Positions 51,701 through 64,000 of a stretch of DNA of 64,000 bases are shown in pieces. Source of the stretch: the human T2T-CHM13v2.0 reference genome, Homo sapiens. Both the position numbers and the translations under genes were made by a program. The stretch's first letter is position 1. Every line of letters begins with the position of its first letter. The notes under the pieces were generated by a model, which had not been told where the DNA came from, did not search any database, and saw nothing but the letters and a program-made list of their open reading frames with translations. The stretch lies in the NCBI RefSeq assembly GCF_009914755.1, contig NC_060939.1; one strand, given 5' to 3'.

Positions 51701-54700
51701 CATTCCATTCCATTCTGTTCCATTCCATTCCATTCCATTCCATTGGGTACCATTCCATATTGTTCCATTCGATTCCATTCGAATCCATTCCATTCCAGTC
51801 CATTCCACTCGATTCCATTCCATTCCATTCGATTCCACTTGATTCCACTCCATTCCCTTCCACTGCATTCCATTCGATTCCATTCCATTGCATTGCATTC
51901 CATTCCATTGGATTGCATTCCATTCGATTCCATTCCATTCGAATCAATTACATAGCAATCCATTACATTCGAGTCTGTTCTATTCCGTTCCATTCGATTT
52001 CGTTCCAATCCATTCGATTCCATTCCATTCGATTCCATTCCATACTATTGCATTCCATTCGATTAAATTATACTCGAATAAATTCCATTCAAGACCATTT
52101 CTGTTGAGTCCATTCTACCTGAGACCATTCCCTTTGATTCCATAACATTTGAGTCCATTCAATTCCATTCCTTTCGTTTCCATTCCATTTGATGCCATTC
52201 CATTCAATTCTGTTCTACTCGACTCCAGTACATTCAATTCCATTCCATACGATTCCATTAGATTCTTTTCATTTCTTATCCATTTCAAGCCATTCCATTC
52301 CATTCCATTCCATTCCACTCGTTTCCTTTCCATTCGAGTCCATTCCACTCCAGTCCATTCCATTCGAATCCATTTCACTCCAGTCCATTCCATTCGAATC
52401 CATTTCACTCCAGTCCATTAAATTCGAGTACATTCCATTCCATTCTATTCAATGCCATTCCATTCGATTCTATTCCATTCGACACCATTCCTTTCCATTC
52501 CGTTCCATCCGATTCCATTCCATTGTATTCCATTCAATTCCATTCCATTGCATTCCATTCGTTTCCATTCCATTCGAATTCATTCCGCTCAAGTCCATTC
52601 CATTCGAGTCCATTCCATTCGATATCATTCCATACTATTGAATTCCATTCGATTCCATTGTTTTCGAATAAATTCCAACCGAGACCATTCCTTTCGTATC
52701 CATTCTATTTGACTGCATTCCATTTGAGTCCATTAAATTTCTGCACATTCCATTCCTTTCCATTCCATTCCATTCCATTCCTTTCGGTGCCATTCCATTC
52801 CACTCTAATCCATTCAAGTCCATTCCATTTGAGTCCATTCCATTGATTCGATGCCATTACATTCAATTCTATTCCATTCGACTCCATTGCATTCCATTCC
52901 CTTCCAAACGATTCCATTCCATTCTATTAATTTCTATTCCAATCCATTCCATTCCGTTCCATTCGTTTCCATTCCATTCGAGTCCACTCCATTCCAGTCC
53001 ATTCCATTAGATTCCATTCCATTCCAGTCCATTCCATTCAAGTCCATTCCACTGCATTCCATTCCATTCGATATCCTTCGATAGCACCCCATTCCATTCT
53101 GCTCCTTACTATTCAATTCAATTCCATTCCATTTGATTCCATTCCATTTGATTCCATTCCATTCGACTCCATTCCATTCGACTCTATTCCATTCGAGTCC
53201 ATTCCATTCCATTCCATTGCATTCCGTTCCAATCCCTATTCCATTCCATTTTGTTACTGTCCATTCCATTTGAGTCCATTCCATGACAAACCATTCCATT
53301 CGATTCCATTCCAATAGATTCCATTGCACTCGAATCCAGTGCGTTCCATTCCATTGCTTTCCATTCTATTACATTCCATTGCATTACATTCCATTCCATT
53401 TGATTGCATTCCATTCAATTCCATTAATTTCGAATCAATTACATTGCAATCCATTGCATTCGAGTTCTATTCCAGTCCATTGCATTCCGGCGCATGCCGT
53501 TCCATTCCATTCCATTCGCTTCCGTTCCATTCGAATCGATTGCATTGCAATGCTTTACATTCGAGTCCGTTTTATTCCAGTCCAATCCATTCCGGTCCAT
53601 TCCGTTCGATTCCATTCCATTCGATGCCACTCCATACTATTGTATTTCATTCGATTCCATTCTATTCAAATAAATTCCATTCGAGACCATTCCTTTCGAG
53701 TCCATTCTATTTGAGTCCATTCCATTCGAGTCCATTATATTTGGGTCCATTCCATTCAATTCCATTGCAATCCATTCCATTCGATGTCACTCCATTCATT
53801 TCTATTCCATTAGAGTCCATGTCATTCGAGTCCATTCCATTCTATTCTATTCCACTCCATTTCATTCCATTCCAGTCTATTCCATTCGTTGCCGTTCCAT
53901 TCAATTCTATTATATTCCACTCCATTTACTTCCATTCCATTCCATTCCATTCTATCCAATTCCGTTCCATTCTATTCCTTTAAAGTCCATTCCATTCCAT
54001 TCCATTCGTTTCCATTCCATTCGAGTAAAGTCCACTCCAGTCCTTTCCATTCGAGTCCATTCCTCTCCAGTCCATTCCGTTCAATCCATTCCATTCCAGT
54101 CCATTCCATTCGAGTCCGTTCCATTCCAGTCCATTCCATTCGAGTCAATTCCATTCCATTCGATATCTTTCCATAACGATCCATTCCATTCTATTCTTTT
54201 CGATTCCATTCAATTCTATTCCATTCTATTTCATTCCATTCGATTCCCTTCCATTGGACTCCTTTCCATTCGAGTGCATTCCATTCCGTTCCATTTCTTT
54301 CTGTTCTGTATGATTCCTAGCGTTCGATTTCATTTTGTTCCAGTCTATTCCTTTCAAGTGCATTCCATTCCATTTCACTCCATTCGATTCCATTCCACTC
54401 GATTCCACTCCGTTCCATTTCACTGCATTCCATTCTACTCAATTCTATTGCATTCCATTCCATTCCATTTGATTACATTCCATGCGATTCCATTCGAATT
54501 CGAATCAATTACATTGAAATCCATTACTATTGAGTCCGTTTTATTCCAGTCCACTCCATTCTGCTCCATTCCATTTGATTCCATTCCATTCTATTCCATT
54601 CCGTACAGTTGCGTTCCATTGGATTCCATTCTATATCTATAAATGCAACTTGAGACCATTGCTTTTGAGTCCATTCTATATGATTCCATTCCATTCAAGT

Positions 54701-57700
54701 CCATTACATTTGGTTCAATTCCATTCCATTCCATTCCCTTCCATTCCATTCCATTTGATATCAATCCATACGATTCCATTCCATTCGAGCACATTCCATT
54801 CGAGTCCATTCCATTCGATGCCATTCCATTTGATTCTATTCCATTAGACTCCATTCAATTCCATTAATCTCCATTCCATTCCATTCTACTCCAACTGATT
54901 CCATTCCATTCTATTCCTTTCCATTCCATTCCATTCCATTCCATTCGCTTCCATTCCATTCGTGTCCATTCCACTCCAGTCCATTCCATTCGTGTCCATT
55001 CCATTCCAGTCCATTCCATTTGTGTCCACTGCATTCCATTCCACTCCATTCCATATTATTCCATTACACTCCATTCCATTCTATTACTTTCATTTCCATT
55101 CAGTTCCATTCCATTTGATTCCATTCCACTCGGTTTCACTCCATTTGAGTCCATTCCATTCCATTCCATTCCATTCCATTCCATTCCATTCTGTTCCATT
55201 CCATTCCATTCCATTCCATTGGGTACCATTCCATATTGTTCCATTCGATTCCATTCGAATCCATTCCATTCCAGTCCATTCCACTCGATTCCATTCCATT
55301 CCATTCGATTCCACTTGATTCCACTCCATTCCCTTCCACTGCATTCCATTCGATTCCATTCCATTGCATTGCATTCCATTCCATTGGATTGCATTCCATT
55401 CGATTCCATTCCATTCGAATCAATTACATAGCAATCCATTACATTCGAGTCTGTTCTATTCCGTTCCATTCGATTTCGTTCCAATCCATTCGATTCCATT
55501 CCATTCGATTCCATTCCATACTATTGCATTCCATTCGATTAAATTATACTCGAATAAATTCCATTCAAGACCATTTCTGTTGAGTCCATTCTACCTGAGA
55601 CCATTCCCTTTGATTCCATAACATTTGAGTCCATTCAATTCCATTCCTTTCGTTTCCATTCCATTTGATGCCATTCCATTCAATTCTGTTCTACTCGACT
55701 CCAGTACATTCAATTCCATTCCATACGATTCCATTAGATTCTTTTCATTTCTTATCCATTTCAAGCCATTCCATTCCATTCCATTCCATTCCACTCGTTT
55801 CCTTTCCATTCGAGTCCATTCCACTCCAGTCCATTCCATTCGAATCCATTTCACTCCAGTCCATTCCATTCGAATCCATTTCACTCCAGTCCATTAAATT
55901 CGAGTACATTCCATTCCATTCTATTCAATGCCATTCCATTCGATTCTATTCCATTCGACACCATTCCTTTCCATTCCGTTCCATCCGATTCCATTCCATT
56001 GTATTCCATTCAATTCCATTCCATTGCATTCCATTCGTTTCCATTCCATTCGAATTCATTCCGCTCAAGTCCATTCCATTCGAGTCCATTCCATTCGATA
56101 TCATTCCATACTATTGAATTCCATTCGATTCCATTGTTTTCGAATAAATTCCAACCGAGACCATTCCTTTCGTATCCATTCTATTTGACTGCATTCCATT
56201 TGAGTCCATTAAATTTCTGCACATTCCATTCCTTTCCATTCCATTCCATTCCATTCCTTTCGGTGCCATTCCATTCCACTCTAATCCATTCAAGTCCATT
56301 CCATTTGAGTCCATTCCATTGATTCGATGCCATTACATTCAATTCTATTCCATTCGACTCCATTGCATTCCATTCCCTTCCAAACGATTCCATTCCATTC
56401 TATTAATTTCTATTCCAATCCATTCCATTCCGTTCCATTCGTTTCCATTCCATTCGAGTCCACTCCATTCCAGTCCATTCCATTAGATTCCATTCCATTC
56501 CAGTCCATTCCATTCAAGTCCATTCCACTGCATTCCATTCCATTCGATATCCTTCGATAGCACCCCATTCCATTCTGCTCCTTACTATTCAATTCAATTC
56601 CATTCCATTTGATTCCATTCCATTTGATTCCATTCCATTCGACTCCATTCCATTCGACTCTATTCCATTCGAGTCCATTCCATTCCATTCCATTGCATTC
56701 CGTTCCAATCCCTATTCCATTCCATTTTGTTACTGTCCATTCCATTTGAGTCCATTCCATGACAAACCATTCCATTCGATTCCATTCCAATAGATTCCAT
56801 TGCACTCGAATCCAGTGCGTTCCATTCCATTGCTTTCCATTCTATTACATTCCATTGCATTACATTCCATTCCATTTGATTGCATTCCATTCAATTCCAT
56901 TAATTTCGAATCAATTACATTGCAATCCATTGCATTCGAGTTCTATTCCAGTCCATTGCATTCCGGCGCATGCCGTTCCATTCCATTCCATTCGCTTCCG
57001 TTCCATTCGAATCGATTGCATTGCAATGCTTTACATTCGAGTCCGTTTTATTCCAGTCCAATCCATTCCGGTCCATTCCGTTCGATTCCATTCCATTCGA
57101 TGCCACTCCATACTATTGTATTTCATTCGATTCCATTCTATTCAAATAAATTCCATTCGAGACCATTCCTTTCGAGTCCATTCTATTTGAGTCCATTCCA
57201 TTCGAGTCCATTATATTTGGGTCCATTCCATTCAATTCCATTGCAATCCATTCCATTCGATGTCACTCCATTCATTTCTATTCCATTAGAGTCCATGTCA
57301 TTCGAGTCCATTCCATTCTATTCTATTCCACTCCATTTCATTCCATTCCAGTCTATTCCATTCGTTGCCGTTCCATTCAATTCTATTATATTCCACTCCA
57401 TTTACTTCCATTCCATTCCATTCCATTCTATCCAATTCCGTTCCATTCTATTCCTTTAAAGTCCATTCCATTCCATTCCATTCGTTTCCATTCCATTCGA
57501 GTAAAGTCCACTCCAGTCCTTTCCATTCGAGTCCATTCCTCTCCAGTCCATTCCGTTCAATCCATTCCATTCCAGTCCATTCCATTCGAGTCCGTTCCAT
57601 TCCAGTCCATTCCATTCGAGTCAATTCCATTCCATTCGATATCTTTCCATAACGATCCATTCCATTCTATTCTTTTCGATTCCATTCAATTCTATTCCAT

Positions 57701-57830
57701 TCTATTTCATTCCATTCGATTCCCTTCCATTGGACTCCTTTCCATTCGAGTGCATTCCATTCCGTTCCATTTCTTTCTGTTCTGTATGATTCCTAGCGTT
57801 CGATTTCATTTTGTTCCAGTCTATTCCTTT
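50880..57830 (+). repeat. Recent tandem duplication with 3,471-3,476-bp offset
   Basis: Shared private alleles CTACCTGAGACC (~52115/55591), CCATACGATTCCATTAGATT, CCGCTCAAG, GATAGCACC and CCTAGCGTT (~54316/57792). ORF pairs 51888/55364 and 53324/56800 are offset by 3,476. Confidence 0.85.
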
Positions 57831-60800
57831 CAAGTCCATTCCATTCCATTTCACTCCATTCGATTCCATTCCACTCGATTCCACTCCGTTCCATTTCATT
57901 GCATTCCATTCTATTCAATTCTATTACATTCCATTCCATTCCATTTGATTACATTCCATGCGATTCCATTCGAATTCGAATCAATTACATTGCAATCCAT
58001 TACTATTGAGTCCGTTTTATTCCAGTCCACTCCATTCTGGTCCATTCCATTTGATTCCATTCCATTCTATTCCATTCCGTACAGTTGCATTCCGTTGGAT
58101 TCCATTCTATATCTATAAATTCAACTCGAGACAATTGCTTTTGAGTCCATTCTATATGATTCCATTCCATTCAAGTCCATTACATTTGGTTCAATTCCAT
58201 TCCATTCCATTCCCTTCCATTCCATTCCATTTGATATCAATCCATTCGATTCCATTCCATTCGAGCACATTCCATTCGAGTCCATTCCATTCGATGCCAT
58301 TCCATTTGATTCTATTCCATAAGTCTCCATTCAATTCCATTAATCTCCATTCCATTCCATTCTACTCCAACTGATTCCATTCCATTCTATTCCTTTCCAT
58401 TCCATTCCATTCCATTCCATTCGCTTCCATTCCATTCGTGTCCATTCCACTCCAGTCCATTCTGTTCGTGTCCATTCCATTCCAGTCCATTCCATTTGTG
58501 TCCACTGCATTCCATTCCACTCCATTCCATATTATTCCATTACACTCCATTCCATTCTATTACTTTCATTTCCATTCAGTTCCATTCCATTTGATTCCAT
58601 TCCACTCGGTTTCACTCCATTTGAGTCCATTCCATTCCATTCCATTCCATTACATTCCATTCAGTTCCATTCCATTCTGTTCCATTCCATTCCATTCCAT
58701 TCCGTACCATTCCATATTGTTCCATTCGATTCCATTCGAATCCATTCCATTCCAGTCCATTCCATTCGATTGCATTCCATTCCTTTCAATTCCATTCCAT
58801 TCCATTCGATTCCACTTGATTCCACTCCATTCCCTTCCACTGCATTCCATTCGATTCCATTCCATTGCATTGCATTCCATTCCATTAGATTGCATTCCAT
58901 TCGATTCCATTCCATTCCAATCAATTACATAGCAATCCATTACATTCGAGTCTATTCTATTCCGTTCCATTCGATTTCGTTCCAATCCATTCGATTCCAT
59001 TCCATTCGATTCCATTCCATACTATTGCATTCCATTCGATTAAATTATATTCGAATAAATTCCATTCAAGACCATTTCTGTTGAGTCCATTCTACTTGAG
59101 TCCACTCCCTTTGATCCCATAAAATTTCAGTCCATTCAATTCCATTCCTTTCGTTTCCATTCCATTTGATGCCATTCCATTCAATTCTGTTCTACTCGAC
59201 TCCAATACATTCAATTCCATTCCATCCGATTCCATTACATTCTTTTCATTTCTTATCCATTTCAAGCCATTCCATTCCATTCCATTCCATTCCACTCGTT
59301 TCCTTTCCATTCGAGTCCATTCCACTCCTGTCCATTCCATTCGAATCCATTTCACTCCAGTCCATTCCATTCGAATCCATTTCACTCCAGTCCATTAAAT
59401 TCGAGTACATTCCATTCCATTCTATTCAATGCCATTCCATTCGATTCTATTCCATTCGACACCATTCCTTTCCATTCCGTTCCATCCGATTCCATTCCAT
59501 TGTATTCCATTCAATTCCATTCCATTGCATTCCATTCGTTTCCATTCCATTAGAATTCATTCCACTCAAGTCCATTCCATTCGAGTCCATTCCATTCGAT
59601 ATCATTCCATACTATTGCATTCCATTCGATTCCATTTTTTTCGAATAAATTCCAACCGAGACCATTCCTTTCGTGTCCATTCTATTTGACTGCATTCCAT
59701 TTGAGTCGATTACATTTGTGCACATTCCATTCCTTTCCATTCCATTCCATTCTATTCCATTCCTTTCGGTGCCATTCCTTTACACTCCAATCCTTTCAAG
59801 TCCATACCATTTGAGTCCATTCCATTGATTCGATGCCATTACATTCAATTCCATTCCATTCGACTCCATTCCATTCCATTCCCTTCCAAACGATTCCATT
59901 CCATTCTATTACTTTCTATTCCAATCCATTCCATTCCGTTCCATTCGTTTCCATTCCATTCGAGTCCACTCCATTCCAGTCCATTCCAATCGATTCCGTT
60001 CCATTCCAGTCCATTCCATTCAAGTCCATTCCACTCCATTCCATTCCATTCGATATCTTTCGATAACACCCCATTCCATTCTGCTCCTTACTATTCAATT
60101 CAATTCCATTCCATTTGATTCCATTCCATTTGATTACATTCCATTCGACTCCATTCCATTCGACTCTATTCCATTCGAGTCCATTCCATTCCATTCCATT
60201 GCATTCCGTTCCAATCCCTATTCCATTCCATTTTGTTACTGTCCATTCCATTTGAGTCCATTCCATGCCAAACCATTCCATTCGATTCCATTCCAATAGA
60301 TTCCATTGCACTCGAATCCAGTGCGTTCCATTCCATTGCTTTCCATTCTATTACATTCCATTGCATTACATTCCATTCCATTTGATTGCATTCCATTCAA
60401 TTCCATTAATTTCGAATCAATTACATTGCAATCCATTGCATTCGAGTTCTATTCCAGTCCATTGCATTCCGGCGCATTCCGTTCCATTCCATTCCATTCG
60501 ATTCCGTTACATTCGTATCGATTGCATTGCAATGCTTTACATTCGAGTCTGTTTTATTCCAGTCCAATCCATTCCGGTCCATTCCGTTCGATTCCATTCC
60601 ATTCGATGCCACTCCATACTACTGTATTTCATTCGATTCCATTCTATTCAAATAAATTCCATTCGAGACCATTCCTTTCGAGTCCATTCTATTTGAGTCC
60701 ATTCCATTCGAGTCCATTATATTTGGGTCCATTCCATTCGATGTCACTCCATTCATTTCTATTCCATTAGAGTCCATGTCATTCGAGTCCATTCCATTCT

Positions 60801-63800
60801 ATTCTATTCCACTCCATTCCATTCCATTCCACTCCATTCCATTCGTTGCCGTTCCATTCAATTCTATTATATTCCACTCCATTTAATTCCATTCCATTCC
60901 ATTCCATTCTATCCAATTCCGTTCCATTCTATTCCTTTAAAGTCCATTCCATTCCATTCCATTCGTTTCCATTCCATTCGAGTAAAGTCCACTCCAGTCC
61001 TTTCCATTCGAGTCCATTCCTCTCCAGTCCATTCCGTTCAATCCATTCCATTCCAGTCCATTCCATTCGAGTCCGTTCCATTCCAGTCCATTCCATTCGA
61101 GTCAATTCCATTCCATTCGATATCTTTCCATAACGATCCATTCCATTCTATTCTTTTCGATTCCATTCAATTCCATTCCATTCTATTTCATTCCATTCGA
61201 TTCCCTTCCATTGGACTCCTTTCCATTCGAGTGCATTCCATTCCGTTCCATTTCTTTCTGTTCTGTATGATTCCTAGCGTTCGATTTCATTTTGTTCCAG
61301 TCTATTCCTTTCAAGTCCATTCCATTCCATTTCACTCCATTCGATTCCATTCCACTCGATTCCACTCCGTTCCATTTCATTGCATTCCATTCTATTCAAT
61401 TCTATTACATTCCATTCCATTCCATTTGATTACATTCCATGCGATTCCATTCGAATTCGAATCAATTACATTGCAATCCATTACTATTGAGTCCGTTTTA
61501 TTCCAGTCCACTCCATTCTGGTCCATTCCATTTGATTCCATTCCATTCTATTCCATTCCGTACAGTTGCATTCCGTTGGATTCCATTCTATATCTATAAA
61601 TTCAACTCGAGACAATTGCTTTTGAGTCCATTCTATATGATTCCATTCCATTCAAGTCCATTACATTTGGTTCAATTCCATTCCATTCCATTCCCTTCCA
61701 TTCCATTCCATTTGATATCAATCCATTCGATTCCATTCCATTCGAGCACATTCCATTCGAGTCCATTCCATTCGATGCCATTCCATTTGATTCTATTCCA
61801 TAAGTCTCCATTCAATTCCATTAATCTCCATTCCATTCCATTCTACTCCAACTGATTCCATTCCATTCTATTCCTTTCCATTCCATTCCATTCCATTCCA
61901 TTCGCTTCCATTCCATTCGTGTCCATTCCACTCCAGTCCATTCTATTCGTGTCCATTCCATTCCAGTCCATTCCATTTGTGTCCACTGCATTCCATTCCA
62001 CTCCATTCCATATTATTCCATTACACTCCATTCCATTCTATTACTTTCATTTCCATTCAGTTCCATTCCATTTGATTCCATTCCACTCGGTTTCACTCCA
62101 TTTGAGTCCATTCCATTCCATTCCATTCCATTACATTCCATTCAGTTCCATTCCTTTCCATTCCATTCCGTACCATTCCATATTGTTCCATTCGATTCCA
62201 TTCGAATCCATTCCATTCCAGTCCATTCCATTCGATTGCATTCCATTCCTTTCAATTCCATTCCATTCCATTCGATTCCACTTGATTCCACTCCATTCCC
62301 TTCCACTGCATTCCATTCGATTCCATTCCATTGCATTGCATTCCATTCCATTAGATTGCATTGCATTCGATTCCATTCCATTCCAATCAATTACATGGCA
62401 ATCCATTACATTCGAGTCTATTCTATTCCGTTCCATTCGATTTCGTTCCAATCCATTCGATTCCATTCCATTCGATTCCATTCCATACTATTGCATTCCA
62501 TTCGATTAAATTATATTCGAATAAATTCCATTCAAGACCATTTCTGTTGAGTCCATTCTACTTGAGTCCATTCCCTTTGATCCCATAAAATTTCAGTCCA
62601 TTCAATTCCATTCCTTTCGTTTCCATTCCATTTGATGCCATTCCATTCAATTCTGTTCTACTCGACTCCAATACATTCAATTCCATTCCATCCGATTCCA
62701 TTACATTCTTTTCATTTCTTATCCATTACAAGCCATTCCATTCCATTCCATTCCATTCCACTCGTTTCCTTTCCATTCGAGTCCATTCCACTCCTGTCCA
62801 TTCCATTCGAATCCATTTCACTCCAGTCCATTCCATTCGAATCCATTTCACTCCAGTCCATTAAATTCGAGTACATTCCATTCCATTCTATTCAATGCCA
62901 TTACATTCGATTCTATTCCATTCGACACCATTCCTTTCCATTCCGTTCCATCCGATTCCATTCCATTGTATTCCATTCAATTCCATTCCATTGCATTCCA
63001 TTCGTTTCCATTCCATTAGAATTCATTCCACTCAAGTCCATTCCATTCGAGTCCATTCCATTCGATATCATTCCATACTATTGCATTCCATTCGATTCCA
63101 TTTTTTTCGAATAAATTCCAACCGAGACCATTCCTTTCGTGTCCATTCTATTTGACTGCATTCCATTTGAGTCGATTACATTTCTGCACATTCCATTCCT
63201 TTCCATTCCATTCCATTCTATTCCATTCTTTCGGTGCCATTCCTTTACACTCCAATCCTTTCAAGTCCATTCCATTTGAGTCCATTCCATTGATTCGATG
63301 CCATTACATTCAATTCCATTCCATTCGACTCCATTCCATTCCATTCCCTTCCAAACGATTCCATTCCATTCTATTACTTTCTATTCCAATCCATTCCATT
63401 CCGTTCCATTCGTTTCCATTCCATTCGAGTCCACTCCATTCCAGTCCATTCCAATCGATTCCGTTCCATTCCAGTCCATTCCATTCAAGTCCATTCCACT
63501 CCATTCCATTCCATTCGATATCTTTCGATAACACCCCATTCCATTCTGCTCCTTACTATTCAATTCAATTCCATTCCATTTGATTCCATTCCATTTGATT
63601 ACATTCCATTCGACTCCATTCCATTCGACTCTATTCCATTCGAGTCCATTCCATTCCATTCCATTGCATTCCGTTCCAATCCCTATTCCATTCCATTTTG
63701 TTACTGTCCATTCCATTTGAGTCCATTCCATGACAAACCATTCCATTCGATTCCATTCCAATAGATTCTATTGCACTCGAATCCAGTGCGTTCCATTCCA

Positions 63801-64000
63801 TTGCTTTCCATTCTATTACATTCCATTGCATTACATTCCATTCCATTTGATTGCATTCCATTCAATTCCATTAATTTCGAATCAATTACATTGCAATCCA
63901 TTGCATTCGAGTTCTATTCCAGTCCATTGCATTCCGGCGCATTCCGTTCCATTCCATTCCATTCGATTCCGTTCCATTCGTATCGATTGCATTACAATGC
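57830..64000 (+). repeat. KpnI-negative, XhoI-positive variant pair of the 3.5-kb unit
   Basis: GGTACC is replaced by CGTACC at ~58703 and ~62169. CTCGAG is gained at 58125 and 61606. CCCATAAAATTTCAG occurs at ~59116 and ~62582. Confidence 0.85.

Larger units (their letters stand above)
1..64000 (+). repeat. Classical satellite III (HSat3) array, diverged (CATTC)n on + strand / (GAATG)n on - strand
   Basis: CCATT pentamers and 1-2 nt variants (CGATT, CGAGT, CAATT, CTATT, GCATT, TGATT) fill the window with no unique insert or strand inversion seen. The + strand is strongly G-poor. The 23/26-bp ATGATG-containing unit typical of HSat2 is not evident. Confidence 0.97.
32459..64000 (+). repeat. 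~3.5-kb higher-order repeat domain (9 complete units plus a partial one)
   Basis: The landmark AATAGATTC(C/T)ATTGCACTCGAATCCAGTGCG starts at 32481, 35930, 39505, 42968, 46418, 49868, 53313, 56789, 60295 and 63760. Spacings are 3449, 3575, 3463, 3450, 3450, 3445, 3476, 3506, 3465. Confidence 0.95.

Noticed and set aside
32459-64000. Identification of the ~3.5-kb unit as the Y-chromosome DYZ1 repeat
   Set aside because: The size is similar, but DYZ1 is defined by a per-unit HaeIII (GGCC) site. I saw GGCC only once, as a point variant at 23192, and these units mostly carry KpnI and 2-3 EcoRI sites. Distant relatedness within HSat3 remains possible and needs an alignment.
1-64000. CRISPR array or prokaryotic repeat system
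   Set aside because: There is no constant repeat with unique spacers, no cas-like or other real ORF, and all sequence derives from the pentamer.
1-64000. Embedded Alu/L1, alpha satellite with CENP-B boxes, telomeric repeats or strand inversions
   Set aside because: I saw no poly(A) tail, no non-satellite stretch, no 171-bp period, no TTAGGG and no GGAAT run on the + strand.
1-64000. HSat2 classification
   Set aside because: CATTCGATTC is common, but long CATTC runs dominate and the GATGAT-containing 23/26-bp HSat2 unit is not evident.
1-64000. G-quadruplex or other special structure on the purine-rich strand
   Set aside because: G-runs are almost all only two long. G-A mismatch fold-backs of (GGAAT)n are a known generic in-vitro property and not specific to this window.

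Overview
The whole 64 kb window is one uninterrupted, same-orientation array of diverged (CATTC)n/(GAATG)n satellite, i.e. human or great-ape classical satellite III (HSat3). I see no genes, RNA genes, transposons or CRISPR arrays, and all ORFs are translations of the pentamer (HSIPF/MEWNG repeats). The array has two domains. Bases 1 to ~32,470 hold about 18 near-identical ~1,794-bp higher-order units, each with one KpnI site, which fits the 1.8-kb KpnI satellite D15Z1 of chr15p (assignment unverified). Bases ~32,470 to 64,000 hold nine complete 3,445-3,575-bp units. The main observation is that the 1.8-kb unit equals the 3.5-kb unit minus a ~1.7-kb segment bounded by two exact 23-bp direct repeats. 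The two domains also meet at a different 23-bp homology. Nested periodicities of 5, 15/30, ~900, 1,794, ~3,450 and 10,779 bp record the expansion history. Any functional reading (TEAD-motif platform, satellite RNA, pentapeptides) is inference from known HSat3 biology. The sequence alone does not establish a new biological system. All coordinates and counts were read by eye.
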